Shown here: positions 23,364-35,339 of the stretch, piece after piece
Position numbering within the stretch: the first letter of the stretch is position 1
Layout: every line of letters starts with the position of its first letter
DNA from: Chiloscyllium plagiosum
Lineage: Eukaryota
Reading direction: 5' to 3'
DNA: 44,136 nucleotides
Assembly: GCF_004010195.1 (NCBI RefSeq)
Contig: NW_025215381.1
Span: forward strand, 1,311,730-1,355,865
Notes under the pieces: model-generated
Seen by the model: only the letters and a program-made list of their open reading frames with translations
What the model was told of the DNA's origin: nothing
Database searches by the model: none
Program-made: the position numbers and the translations under genes

Positions 23364-23863
23364 NNNNNNNNNNNNNNNNNNNNNNNNNNNNNNNNNNNNN
23401 NNNNNNNNNNNNNNNNNNNNNNNNNNNNNNNNNNNNNNNNNNNNNNNNNNNNNNNNNNNNNNNNNNNNNNNNNNNNNNNNNNNNNNNNNNNNNNNNNNNN
23501 NNNNNNNNNNNNNNNNNNNNNNNNNNNNNNNNNNNNNNNNNNNNNNNNNNNNNNNNNNNNNNNNNNNNNNNNNNNNNNNNNNNNNNNNNNNNNNNNNNNN
23601 NNNNNNNNNNNNNNNNNNNNNNNNNNNNNNNNNNNNNNNNNNNNNNNNNNNNNNNNNNNNNNNNNNNNNNNNNNNNNNNNNNNNNNNNNNNNNNNNNNNN
23701 NNNNNNNNNNNNNNNNNNNNNNNNNNNNNNNNNNNNNNNNNNNNNNNNNNNNNNNNNNNNNNNNNNNNNNNNNNNNNNNNNNNNNNNNNNNNNNNNNNNN
23801 NNNNNNNNNNNNNNNNNNNNNNNNNNNNNNNNNNNNNNNNNNNNNNNNNNNNNNNNNNNNNNN
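23364..23863. other. Assembly gap (500 N, possibly a placeholder size)
   Basis: Run of exactly 500 N. Confidence 1.
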
Positions 23864-24183
23864 TTTACAAGAATGATCCTGGGGATGAAGGGCTTGTCAT
23901 ATGAGGGGCGGTTGTGAGGTTTGGGTCTGTACTGGGTGGAGTTTAGAAGGATGAGGGGAGGGGGGGGGGGGGGAATCTCAGTGAAACTCTCAGAATACTG
24001 AGAGGCCTGAATAGAGTGGACATGGAAAAGATTATTCCACCAGTTTGAGAGACTAGGACCTAAGGGCATAGCCTCAGGGTGAAGGGACAACCCTTTAGAA
24101 CTGAGATGAGGAATTTCTTCAGCCAGAGGGTGGTGGATCTTGCCGCAGAGGGATGTGGAGACAGTCATTGAGTGTTTTTAAGA

Positions 24184-26103
24184 ATTGGATGAGCTTTATA
24201 GTCACACGTACTCAGGTGAGTACACTGAAAGTTTTACAAGTCACCACTTATGGTGGCATCATAGGTACATTGGTCCAGAGATTCTTCAGTCCAATTTCTT
24301 TGGAAAATAATTAGATAATAAAGAATTAAAACGTCCAGCACTGCAGATTGAGGGAATAAAGGAGAAGGTAGAGAAATGTAAAAGTTCAGAGCAACATTCC
24401 TTCCAACAGAGTCCATGCTAGTGCCCAACCTCCAGTTTACACCAGGCCCTGACTCCAGTTCACACCAGGCCCTGACTCCAGTTCACACCAGGCCCTGACT
24501 CCAGTTCACACCGGGCCCTGACTCCAGCTCACACCGGGCCCTGACTCAAGTTCACACCAGGCCCTGACTCCAGTTCACACCAGGCCCTGACTCCAGTTCA
24601 CACCAGGCCCTGACTCCAATCTGCACTGGGCCCTGACTCCAGTTCAGACCGGGCCCTGACTCCAGTTCAGACCGGGCCCTGACTCCAGTTCACACCAGGC
24701 CCTGACTCCAGTCTGCACTGGGCCCTGACTCCAGTTCAGACTGGGCCCTGACTCCAGTTTACACTGGGCGCTGACTCCAGTTCACACCAGGCCCTGACTT
24801 CAGTCTGCACTGGGCCCTGACACCAGTTCAGACCGGGCCCTGACTCCAGTTCACACCAGGCCCTGACTCCAGTCTGCACTGGGCCCTGACTCCAGCTCAC
24901 ACCGGGCTCTGACTCTAGTTCACACCAGGCCCTGACTCCAGCTCACCCCGGGGCCTGACTCCAGTTCACACCGGGCCCTGACTCCAGTTCACATCGGGCC
25001 CTGACTCCAGCTCACCCCGGGCTCTGACTCCAGTTCACACCGGGCCCTGGTTCCAGTTCACTCCAGGCCCTGACTCCAGTTCACTCCAGGCCCTGACTCC
25101 AGTTCACACCGGGCCCTGACTCCAGTTCACTCCAGGCCCTGACTCCAGTTCACTCCGGGCCCTGACTCCAATCTGCACTGGGCCCTGACTCCAGTTCACA
25201 CCAGGCCCTGACTCCAGTTCACACCAGGCCAAGACTCCAGTTCACACCGGGCCCTGACTCCAGTTCATACCTGGCCCTGACTCCAGTTCACACCAGGCCC
25301 TGACTCCAGTTCACACCGGGCCCTGACTCCAGTTTACACCGGGCCCTGACTCCAGTTCACACCGGGCCCTGACTCGTTTACACCGGGCCCTGACTTCAGT
25401 TCACACCGAGCCCTGACTCCAGCTCACTCCGGGCCCTGATTCCTGTTCACACCAGGCCCTGACTCCAGTTTACACCAGGCCCTGACTCCAGTTCACACCG
25501 GGCCCTGACTCCAGTTCACACCGGGCCCTGACTCCAGTTCACACCTGGCCCTGACTCCACTTCACACCGGGCCCTGACTCCAGTTCATACCAGGCCCTGA
25601 CTCCAGTTCACACCGGGTCCCGACTCCAATCCACACTGGCCCTTGACTCCAGTTCACACCGGGCCCTGACTCCAGACCGCAGCCAGGCTTCACCTCAAGG
25701 TTCTGGAGACCAGGATACCACTCTGGAATGTCTCGAGACCAGAGGTCCACACTGAGCCACGCCAGGCTGAGAGACCACCATGCTGAGCCGTTGAGGGACT
25801 GCCACGCCGGTGTAAGATAGAGACCGAAAGACCACCACGCTGGCACAGCAGGCTGCCTCGCAAGGCCAGGAGGCCACATTTCCAGGCCGAGAGGACGTTC
25901 ACCAGGTCTGTACTGAGGCCAGGAGTTCAAGGCCTGGTGTCTGAGGCCTGATGTCTGAGGCCAGGAGTCCAAGGCCGAGAATAAAGAAGAGAGAAGTAAA
26001 AAATACAAACGAGATAAAAGTAGAAAAAGAAACTGATGGAACAGATGAGCTCTGGCTGAAGCCTCCCACTCCGCCGCCATCTTTGATTTTATTGGATTGA
26101 TTC
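24184..26103 (-). mobile_element. Putative non-autonomous retroelement: AAGATGGCGGCG head, minisatellite body, Rex1-like tail
   Basis: Minus 5' end aagatggcggcggagtgggagg (near 26083); 3' end aactttcagtgtactcacctgagtacgtgtgactataaa resembles the Rex1 tail at 22935-22975. Confidence 0.6.
24430..25677 (+). repeat. 23-bp minisatellite (CTCCAGTTCACACCRGGCCCTGA), about 54 copies
   Basis: Period 23 (tccag at 24431 and 24454). Confidence 0.97.
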
Positions 26104-26614
26104 TAAGACAGAGAGAGATTGGTTCTTGATTAGTCAGGGGATTAAGCATTACAGGGAGAAGGCAGAAGAATGGGGTTAGGAAACATATCAGCCGTGGTCT
26201 AATTTTGCTCTTTTATCTTATGGTGTTATGAATGTAGGAGGGTTGATCAGAAAGTTTACAGATGATTAAAAAAACCATTGGTGGGATGGGAAGGAGGATT
26301 ACCTTGATTACTAGAGGCTATAGATTAATGGTTCAGATGGAATGATCAGTGGGATGAGGTGCCGCACTTGGGCAGGATAAACATGATGATCAGTACGACC
26401 CTGGGAAGCATTGAGGATCGAAGGGCCATTGTGTGCGGAAACACCCGTACCTTAAGGTATTAGGATAGATGGATTAAGTGGTTAAGGAGGTATATAGGAT
26501 ATGTTCTTTTATTATTTGAGGCACAGGGTTTAAGAGCGAGGAGGTTATGCTGGAACTGTACAATATAGTGGTTTGGCCACTGTTAGGTTATTGTGTACAG
26601 TTCAGCAATCGCAT

Positions 26615-27080
26615 TAGCTCATAGAACAGTACAGCACAGAACAGGCCCTTCAGCCCACGATGTTGTGCCAACCATTGATCCTCATGTATGCACCCTCAAA
26701 TGTCTGTGACCATTTGCATGTCCAGGGGTCTCTTAAATGTCCCCAATGACCTTGCTTCCACAACTGCTGCTGGCAAAGCATTCCATGCTCTCACAACTCT
26801 CTGTGTAAAGAACCCGCCTCTGACATCCCCTCTATACTTTCCTCCAACCAGCTTAAAACTATGACCCCTCGTGTTTGTCATTTCTGCCCTGGGAAATAGT
26901 CTCTGGCTATCGACTATCTATGCCTCTCATTATCAGAGGCATAATTTCTCAATGAGGTGCCGTCTCCTCCTCCTCTTCTCCAATGAAAAAAGTCCGAGCT
27001 CAGTCAACCTCTCTTCATAAGATAAGCCCTCCTGGTAAACCTCCTCTGAACCCTCTCCAACGCATCCACATCTTTCCTAT
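26615..27080 (-). mobile_element. CR1 3' fragment nested in an older plus-strand CR1 RT remnant (about 26230-27135)
   Basis: TRGHSFKLVGGKYRGDVRGGFFTQRVVRAWNALP. Confidence 0.85.
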
Positions 27081-27195
27081 TGTAGAAGGGATGTGGTTTC
27101 ACTGAAAGGGTGCAGAGGAGATTTACCAGAATGATTTGATTTATTATTGATCACATACCAGTAACCAGAAAAATCATACCGTACATCAATCACAC

Positions 27196-27513
27196 AGAAT
27201 CCCTACAGTGTGAAAGCAGGCCATTCAGTTCATCGAAGAGCATCCCACCCACCCTATCCCCATAACCCAGCATTTCTCCATGGCTAATTCACCTAACCTG
27301 AGCCTCCCTGGGCACTGTGGGTAATTTCCCATGGCCAATTCACCCTAACCTGCACATCTTTGGACTGTGGGAGGAAACCAGAGCACCCGGAGGAAACCCA
27401 CGCAGACACGGGGAAAATGTGCAAACTCCACACAGTCGCCACACACTGGAATCGAACCCGGCTCCCTGGCGCTGGGAGGCAGCAATGCCAACCACTGAGC
27501 AACTGTGCCGCCC
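27196..27513 (-). mobile_element. HE1-type SINE
   Basis: ggaatcgaacccgg...ccactgagcaactgtgccgccc. Confidence 0.88.
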
Positions 27514-28026
27514 TAAACATAAACATTGTGTCCTGCAGCTAGAGTGAAAGATCAACTCTAATATATGAGGGGTCTGTTCACAAGCTTGATAACAGCGGGG
27601 GAGAAGCTGTTCTTAGATCTTGTTTTCAAACTTTTGTACCTACTGCCTGATGGAAGAGGGTGGGAAAGATTATAACCGGGGTGGGAAGGGTCTTTGATAA
27701 TGTCAGCTGCTTTCCCGAGGCAGCGGGAAATGTAGACGGAGTCAGTGGATGGAAGGCTTACCTGATGGACTGGACTGTGTTCACAACTCCAATTTCTTGC
27801 AGTCTTGAGCAGAGCAGCTGCCGTACCAAGTTATGATAGAATGCTTTCTATGGTGCATCGATAAAAATTGCTAAGAGTCATTGTGGACATGTCGAATTTA
27901 TTTCGTCCTCTGTTGAAGTAGAAGCTTCCTTGACTGGACCAGGACAGTTCGTTGGTGATATTTACCCCTGGAACTTGAAGCTCTCAACCACCTCTACCTC
28001 AGCATCATTGGTCCTCCACTCTGCTG

Positions 28027-28778
28027 TGTGATTGATACCATGGCTTTAAGAGGTGTAATTTGTGCATTTTTTTAAAAATGAAGCGCGATTGAGACAGAAG
28101 TGCAGAGAAGCCAGCTTCTAAATCAATCATGTAAACAGCTTGTGAGGCTTTGAATTGTTTTTAAAAGTTGGAACAATAGAAGCAGCCTGAATGGGTGGGG
28201 GCCAAGCTCCCCCAGAACCAGGATGTTTAGCTTTAGCTTTCTGCAGCTGCTGGGATCTTGAAGCTGGATGTGGAAGCTCTTATTCCTCTCACATTTACAG
28301 TTTTGTTGGAATGATGGTGTTGAAGGTGGAGGTGAAGTCTACAAATCAAAATCAGATATAGCTCTCCTTGTTACCCAGGCGTTCCAGGGGGATGTGTAGA
28401 GCCAGGGAGATGGTGTCTGCTGTTTCTCTTCCTGCAGCTAGAATTGTATGTGAGACAATACATTTTTGCTGAAGTTGCCTTTGCTGAGGGTGTGTTTATG
28501 GGATGCTGCTATATTAGAACAGTTAATTAGCAGTAATTTATATATATAATTTTGTTAAATATTTCAGTAGAGTTATAGTTAAGCCAATTCTTTTATTTTG
28601 TTTCCATTTTGCCTGTATTTTAACTGTATTGTCAAAATGAAGTGTGTTTGCTTTAAAGTCAAGTAGTTTGACCGATCGAGTTGCACCTGGAACACAATGC
28701 TTTACATTTACCTTTAAAATAAGAAACAAATTAGGGCCTAGGCTCCTTTCTTCATCAGTTTTGAGCTGGTCCAGAACA
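28027..28778 (+). mobile_element. Putative solo LTR inserted in Rex1
   Basis: TGT...ACA termini; flanks GCTG and GCTT (4-bp TSD, one mismatch); Rex1 sequence resumes on both sides; AT-rich 3' part. Confidence 0.6.
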
Positions 28779-30039
28779 GCTTCCTGAAGTCAGTGACCCA
28801 GCCCCTTCATTTTGCTGACATTGAAGCGGAGGTTATTGCCTTTACACGGTGACACTAAGCTGTCGATCTCTTCCCTGTACTTTGTCTCATCATTGTTTTG
28901 AGATTTGACCCATGATGGTGGGGTCGTGAGCAGGTTTGTAAATGGAGTTAGAGCTGAATTTGGCCACACAGTGGTGAGTGTGTAAGGAGCTGGGTACACA
29001 GCCTTGCAGGACACCAGTGTTGAGGATTAATGTGGAGGAGGTGTTGTTGCCTAGTCTCACTGAGTGCGGTTTATGGGTCAGGAAGTCGAGGATCCAGTTG
29101 CAGAGCGGGGAGCAGGGTCTCAGGTCTCCAAGTTCAGAGATGGGTTTTGTTGGAATTATGGTATTGAAGGTGGAGCTAAAGTCTACAAATTGAAATCGGA
29201 TTTTGCTCTCCTTGTTACGCAGACGGTCCAGGGAGATGGCCTCTGCTGGGGACATATTGCAATGGTAGGTGTATTATGGAGGATCCAGGTAATCAAGGCT
29301 GGAGTTGGTGTGTGCCATTACTGATCTCTGGAGGCACTTCATAATGATGGAGGTCAGAGGCACCAGGCGGTAGTTGTCCAGGCACATTGCCTGACCTTTC
29401 TTTGGCACCGAGATGACAGTGGTCTCCTGGAAGTCAGTGGAACCTCACCTCATCGTACGGAGAGGTTAACGGTCCCTGCAAATACTCGCGCTAGCTGGTC
29501 CATGCAGGATCTGAGTGCACAGCCAGGGATTTCAACAGGGCCAGTCTCTGTCTGGGGTGGGGTTCACTCTCAGGAAGACCGATCTGATGTCTGTGGCAGT
29601 GACTGGGGGGGGGGGGGGAACAGGTCCACCTGGAAGGGGACAGCCTTTTGCTGAGCTTCTGTTCCAAACAAACATGGAACAGATTGAGTTGGGGAGGGAT
29701 GCCCTTTCTGCTCAGCTTCAGTTTGTAGCCTGTTATATCATGTCAGCCTTGCCACAGTCAACAGGTTTTGTGTGGTCAGCCTGGGACTCTCGTTCAGTCT
29801 GGTATTGTCCCTCGGCATCCCTGGTGGCTTTGTGCAGATCATACCTCGATTTCCTGTACAGGTCAGGGTCCCCTGGCTTGAATGCCTCAGACTTGGACTT
29901 CAGTAAGGTATGGATCTTCCAGTATATCTGTGGTTTCTAGTTGGGAACACTCAGATTAATGTTTTTAGCAAGCAGTCCTACTACTGAACTGTAGTGGTAT
30001 ACTCTTTTAGGTTGGTCACTGAATTCTTGAATATGGACC

Positions 30040-30118
30040 AAGAGTGTGGTGCTGGAAAAGCACAGCAGGTCAGACAGAAGCAGGAGAATCGACGTTTCGG
30101 GCATAAGCCCTTCATTAA
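30040..30118 (-). mobile_element. Penelope-like terminal fragment, hammerhead core damaged
   Basis: gaatcgacgtttcgggcataagcccttcatt. Confidence 0.75.
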
Positions 30119-30137
30119 GCAGTCATGTCAGCTACAG

Positions 30138-30800
30138 CTTGGGCTGGAGAGTTTGAGTAATAAAAAGAGATTGGACGGGCTGGGGTTGCTTTCCTTAGAG
30201 CAGAAGAGATTGAGAGGGGACATGATTGAGATGGATGAAGTTATGGGGGGCATAGGTCAGAGAGCCAGGAAGAAACATTTCCCCTTGATGGAGGGACCAG
30301 TGACCAGGTGTTGGAGATTGCTATCAGAAGGATGTTGTGAAACTTGAAAGGGTTCAGAAAGCATTTACAAGGATGTAGCCAGGGTTGGAGGGTTTGAGCT
30401 ACAGGGAGAAGCTGAACAGGCTGGGGCTGTTTTCCCTGGAGCATCGGAGCCTGAGGTTTACAAAATCATGAGGGGCATGGATAGGATGATATATGAATAG
30501 GAAGGGTTTGGAGGGATATGGGCTGAGTGCTGGTGGGTGGGACTAGATTGGGTTGGGATATCTGGTCGGCATGGACGGGTTGGACCGAAGGGTCTGTTTC
30601 CATGCTGTACATCTCTATGACTCTATAATTGTAATTAAGGTCAGGGGCAGAAGGGATAGAGGCAACATGAGGAAGAACATTTCACACACTGCCTGTTGTA
30701 ACAGTTGAAGCAGAATCTTTGATAACATTTAAGATGTATTCAGATATACACTTGCGATGTCAAGGCAGACAGGCCTGTGGGCCAAGGGCTAGAAACTGGA
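30138..30800 (+). mobile_element. Nested CR1 3' fragments
   Basis: LGLLSLEQKRLRGDMIE; inner copy 30320-30627 ends ccgaagggtctgtttccatgctgtacatctctatgactcta. Confidence 0.8.
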
Positions 30801-31009
30801 GAGAAAACCAAAGTTCCACATACGCTGGAAATCAGGAACAAAAAACTGAAACTGCTGGGAAAGCTCAGCAGGTCTGGCAGCATCTGTGGAGAGAATGCAG
30901 TGTTAACGTTTTGGGTCACTGGATTTGAATCGCTGACTCTACCTCCTCTCCACAAATGCTGCCAGACCTGCCGAGTTTTCAGGCATTTCTGCTTCTGATA
31001 CCGGAAAGT

Positions 31010-31102
31010 GGGGTTAGCATGGTTAGTCGGGTTAGCATGGTTAGTCGGGTTAGCATGGTTAGTCAGGTTAGCATGGTTAGTTGGGTTAGCATGGTTAGTC
31101 GG
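31010..31102 (+). repeat. 18-bp tandem repeat (GGGTTAGCATGGTTAGTC) x5
   Basis: Directly visible. Confidence 0.92.
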
Positions 31103-31571
31103 CTGTTTTTGACTGGTGTGGACGTGATGGCATGAAGGGTCTTTTTTTAATATTGCTGACATCTATGGCTCCAAGGGGAGAGATTGGTCAAGGGAAAAGT
31201 GTCGAAGGGTCTGGGGCAAAACCAGGAAGCAGGATCAGCCGTGACAATAGGAAATGGCCGGGGAGGGACTGAATGGCCCACTCCTGTTCCTGTTTGTTTC
31301 ATTTCGAAAGATTGAAGGGGAAAGAAGGATGAACGTACGAGGGAGAAAAGAAGACAAGGGCGTGCCTCCAGGGAGAAATGCTGTTGGAGGAGTTTCATAA
31401 AGGGCAGAAAGTCCAGCAATGGATAGAGGGGCCAAATGACCTGGCGCTGTGCTGGAAATATCTTGTAGCAGGGGCTTGGGTGTTCCGCTAGGGGGCCATT
31501 GCACAGTTTACTTTGCTGGTGGTATAGGTTGGACTACAGGGCAAGTTGCCTTGGCAATATCCCCATCGTGG

Positions 31572-31688
31572 AAAAAGTGAGGACTGCAGATCAGAGCTGA
31601 AAATGTGTTGCTGGAAAAGCGCAGCAGGTCAGGCAGCATCCAAGGAGCAGGAGAATCGACGTATCGGACATGAGCCCTTCTTCAGGGG
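31572..31688 (-). mobile_element. Penelope-like terminal fragment, GAAA changed to GAUA
   Basis: Minus strand cctgaagaagggctcatgtccgatacgtcgattctcc. Confidence 0.78.
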
Positions 31689-32147
31689 AATAGCCCCACT
31701 GTGCCCAGCTTTATTGCTATCACCAGGGACTCACAACCAGAACAGAAATGAGGAACCTCAAGCCGTTTGGTCGGCATGGTAAATGGTTGGAGTAGTGGTT
31801 TCTTGCTGTGGGAAGGTGATGCTGTCAGTACTGACTGTGGAACGCACAGTTCACGGACGCATTGAAGAGGGGAGTACTCTCTTTCTGACCTGGATGGTAG
31901 GCCGTGGGTGTGCTGGGGACTCCAGGCAATGTTATGAGGTGTGGTCAACATTACGAGAGGGGGCAGAATGGAATGGGAAGGAGGAGGGAATAAACCAGGA
32001 GAAACATCCCGAAGTGATGGCATCCAGTTTCCTCAGGTGGTGGTGGCTTGTACCTGCACAAGACTCTTTTTGACCATATTTATATGAACAAGCATTGTGT
32101 TTTTATTTATTGATTCACAGATGTCACTGGCTAGGTCGGCTTTGATT

Positions 32148-32654
32148 GCCACGCTGCTGCCTCACAGCGCCAGAGACCCGGGTTCAATCCCCGCCTCAGG
32201 CTGACTGTGTGGAATTTGCACGTTCTCCCCGTGTCTGCGTGGGTTTCCTCCGGGTGCTCCGGTTTCCTCCCACAATCCAAAGATGTGCAGATTAGGGTGG
32301 ATTGGCCTCGCTAAATTACCCCATAGTGTTCAGGGATGTATAGGTTAGGGTGGGTTGGCCATGCTAAATTACCCATAGTGTTCAGGGATGTATAGGTTAA
32401 GGTGGAATTGGCCATGCTAAATTACCCCATAGTGTTCAGGGATGTGTGGGTTAGGGTGGATTGGCCATGCTAAATTACCCATAGTGTTCAGGGATGTATA
32501 GGTTAAGGTGGAATTGGCCATGCTAAATTGTCCGTAGTGTTAGGTGGAGGGGTAAATGTAGGGGAAAGGGTCTGGGTGGGTTGCGCTTTAGCGGGTCGGT
32601 GTGAACTTGGGCCGAAGGGCCTGTTTCACACTGTAAGTAATCTAATCTAATCTA
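32148..32654 (+). mobile_element. HE1-type SINE with about 4-5 tandem ~53-bp units
   Basis: B box gggttcaatccc; repeated gccatgctaaattaccc(c)atagtgttcagggat. Confidence 0.9.
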
Positions 32655-32912
32655 CCCCGATTTAGCCACATTTCTGTGGATCTGGTGTCACATATCAGTC
32701 AGACATGAGCAAACCAGTCGGGTTTTTGTTTATGACAGTTGACATGCTCACTAGCTTTAAACTCCAGATTTTCTTTCTATTGAACTCAAACTTTGCTTTC
32801 TGCCATGCTGGGATTCAAATCCATCTCCCAGAGCATTAACCTGTGCCTCTGGATTACTTGTATAGTGACATTAACATTTCAACGATAAAGTTAGTCTCGC
32901 CCCAGCTCCTTG

Positions 32913-33136
32913 GTTGAAAAATGTGGTGCTGGAAAAACACAGCAGGCCAGGCAGCATCCGAGGAGCAGGAGAATCGACGTTTCGGGCATAAGCCCTTCTT
33001 CATTCCTGAAGAAGGGCTTATACCCGAAATGTCGATTCTCCTGCTCCTCGGATGCTGCCTGGCCTGCTGTGTTTTTCCAGCACCACATTTTTCAGCTCTG
33101 GTCTCCAGAATCTGCAGCCCTCACTTTCCCCTAGTT
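32913..33136. mobile_element. Penelope-derived near-perfect palindrome with two opposed hammerhead motifs and a 14-bp TSD
   Basis: About 90-bp inverted arms centred at 33003-33006; direct repeat GCCCCAGCTCCTTG at 32899-32912 and 33137-33150. Confidence 0.92.
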
Positions 33137-33384
33137 GCCCCAGCTCCTTGTTAGTTTGTTGTGGGAAATCTATTGTTTCTGTATCATAGACACCATTCCA
33201 GCTTCCCCCCACCCGCGCCGAGCCCGTGAGGATTGAGATAAAAAGCAGGAGAACTGACCTGTCTTTGTGAACCATTCATGGGATCTCACTGTGTACCAGC
33301 AGTGCCATGCTCTCTGCCATAGTGAAGGCTGCAGCAGGTTTGAAAGCTCTGTTCCTTTACCTATTGTCTGAGTGGTCCTTCCAA

Positions 33385-34020
33385 GACCATAAGGTATAGG
33401 AGCAGATTTAGGCTATTCGACCATTGGATCTCCTTCATCAATCAATCATGGTTGATATGTTTTTCAACCCCATTCCAGAGCCAGAGGTCTCTTGCCTGCT
33501 CCTTGTAAGCCTTGTTCCCATTATTAATCAAGAGCCTATCTATCTGTCTGAAATACACTCAATAACCTGGCTGCACACATCTCTGTGGCAATGATTTCCG
33601 CAGATTAACCACACTCTGGCTGGAGGAAGCCCTCATCTCAGTTCGAAAGGGCTGTCTCTCTTCTCTCTGAGGTCTTACCCTCAGCTCCTGGTCTCTCCTA
33701 CTAAGCGGGAACATCTGCTCCAAATCCACTCTGTCCAGGCCTCTCAGTATTCTGTAAGTTCCAATCAGTTCCTTGCTAATCCTTCTAAACTCCGTCATGT
33801 ACAGACCCAGAGTCCTCAGCCACACCTCGTATGACAAACCCTTGATCCCTAAGACCATTCTTGTAAAACCTCCTCCTCTTCCAAAGCTTGCACATCCGTC
33901 CTTAGATACAGGGCCCAAAACCATTCACAGTGTTCAAAATGGGGACTGACCAGAGCCTGGTACATCCTCAGCTCTTGTATTCCAGCCCTCTTGAAATGAC
34001 TGCAAACATTGCTTTTAGCT
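33385..34020 (-). mobile_element. CR1 3' fragment
   Basis: FTRMVLGIKGLSYEVWLRTLGLY...YRILRGLDRVD. Confidence 0.82.
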
Positions 34021-35109
34021 TGGCCTCAAATAGGTTGTTTCAACAACAGTGGGTTGCTTTTCAAGGATGAGTCACAGTGCTACATAGATACCCAGGTCTT
34101 TATTGATTATATTTGTGTTAGCAATGAGTCATAGCACCCTTGGGTTTGTAGAAATGACTCAGAGGCGGTGAACTGGAATATGGGCTGGTTTGTAGGGCAA
34201 TGGAGATGCAGACTGGTGCTAATAGGGTGGGGGGAAGCTGGGGAATGGGGCTGAATTGGACAGTGCTTAATCAGAACTAAGATCAGACTTGAAGGGCTGA
34301 ATGGCCACCTTCTGTAAGACCTTCTGACTTGAACCTTGTGACTGGCGGCCACACTGCATTAACGCCCATGTTCAAAGCCCTGATTCCAGCGCTGCCATGG
34401 TATGAATTAATCCTTGGGAAGCCATTAGATCTCTGGGGTCATCCATGTGAAAGGAGCTATCGTACATTCACATCCTCTTCACTTCTCAAACCGGGCTCCA
34501 GTGAGTCGGAATCCGCCCACTTTCCCATGCGTCTGGGTCACTCACCCCACCTGGCTTTTGGATCCAACCAACCTTGGCTGAAGATTGGGCTGAAGAGAGC
34601 CATGATTAAGAAATGGTTTGTGCACTCGGTTCCACGGAGGTCTGATTTGCTTTCTCTCTTCTGCAGAATCCTTCCAAGATCCCAGCCCAGAGAGCTGAAA
34701 GTTGCTAGCCTCCCAAGGATTGCTCCCCAGGAATTGCAATGCCACTAGAGAGTAACCGCTACCTGGACTGTTTGACGTTGTTGAACAAACTGCCTCTGTA
34801 GTGTCTTGTGATGTGTCCCATAAACCTTTTGACTGGGCTGCCACTTTGAAATGTTTTACACTTATTTTGGGATTTTGATTTTGTAAACAGTGAGAATTGT
34901 TTGGTATATGGTGCTTTATGTTTTCTCAGTAGAGTTTAATAAACTGGAATTAAGGGTATTGGTAGCCTGCTACCTTGTTATGGGTCATGCCCATTATAGA
35001 AACGCTCCTGTTGGACTAGAATCTTTGAAATCATCAATAGCACATCAATGACCTCCGATGGGCCACATGATTATTTACATGGATGACTTGATCACTTATA
35101 GATTCTATA

Positions 35110-35282
35110 CGATCACTAATGGGGTCTACATGGTCACTAATGGGGTCTACCTGGTCACTTATGGGGTCTACCTGGTCACTAATGGGGTTGACATGGTCAC
35201 TAATGGGGTCTACATGGTCACTAATGGGGTCTACCTGGTCACTAATAGGGTTGACATGGTCACTAATGGGGTCTACATGGTT
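35110..35282 (+). repeat. 21-bp tandem repeat (ATGGTCACTAATGGGGTCTAC), about 8 copies
   Basis: Directly visible; gives 7-aa-repeat ORFs. Confidence 0.93.
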
Positions 35283-35339
35283 ATCAATATTTCAAATGTT
35301 TGCACTAGAGCATGTTCACCATATTTTCACCGTAGAGTC

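Larger units (their letters stand above)
23864..26230 (+). mobile_element. CR1 3' fragment interrupted by a ~1.9-kb insertion (CR1 parts 23864-24183 and 26104-26230)
   Basis: FTRMILGMKGLSYEGRL...; cagtcattgagtgtttttaaga continues as taagacagagagagattggttcttgattagt. Confidence 0.8.
27135..30030 (-). mobile_element. Rex1/Babar LINE, degenerate RT to 3' end, with nested insertions
   Basis: FVDFSSTFNTIIP...LCNWILDFLT..P.SVRLGNNTSSTLILNTG..QGCV, typical of Rex1 RT. Confidence 0.88.

Noticed and set aside
23251..24168. Long ORFs spanning the N gaps (also 3174-3786)
   Set aside because: Length comes from X residues.
24430..25677. Regular repeat arrays (23, 33, 53 and 21 bp) as CRISPR arrays
   Set aside because: Units are head-to-tail with no unique spacers, there are no cas genes, and the DNA is vertebrate.
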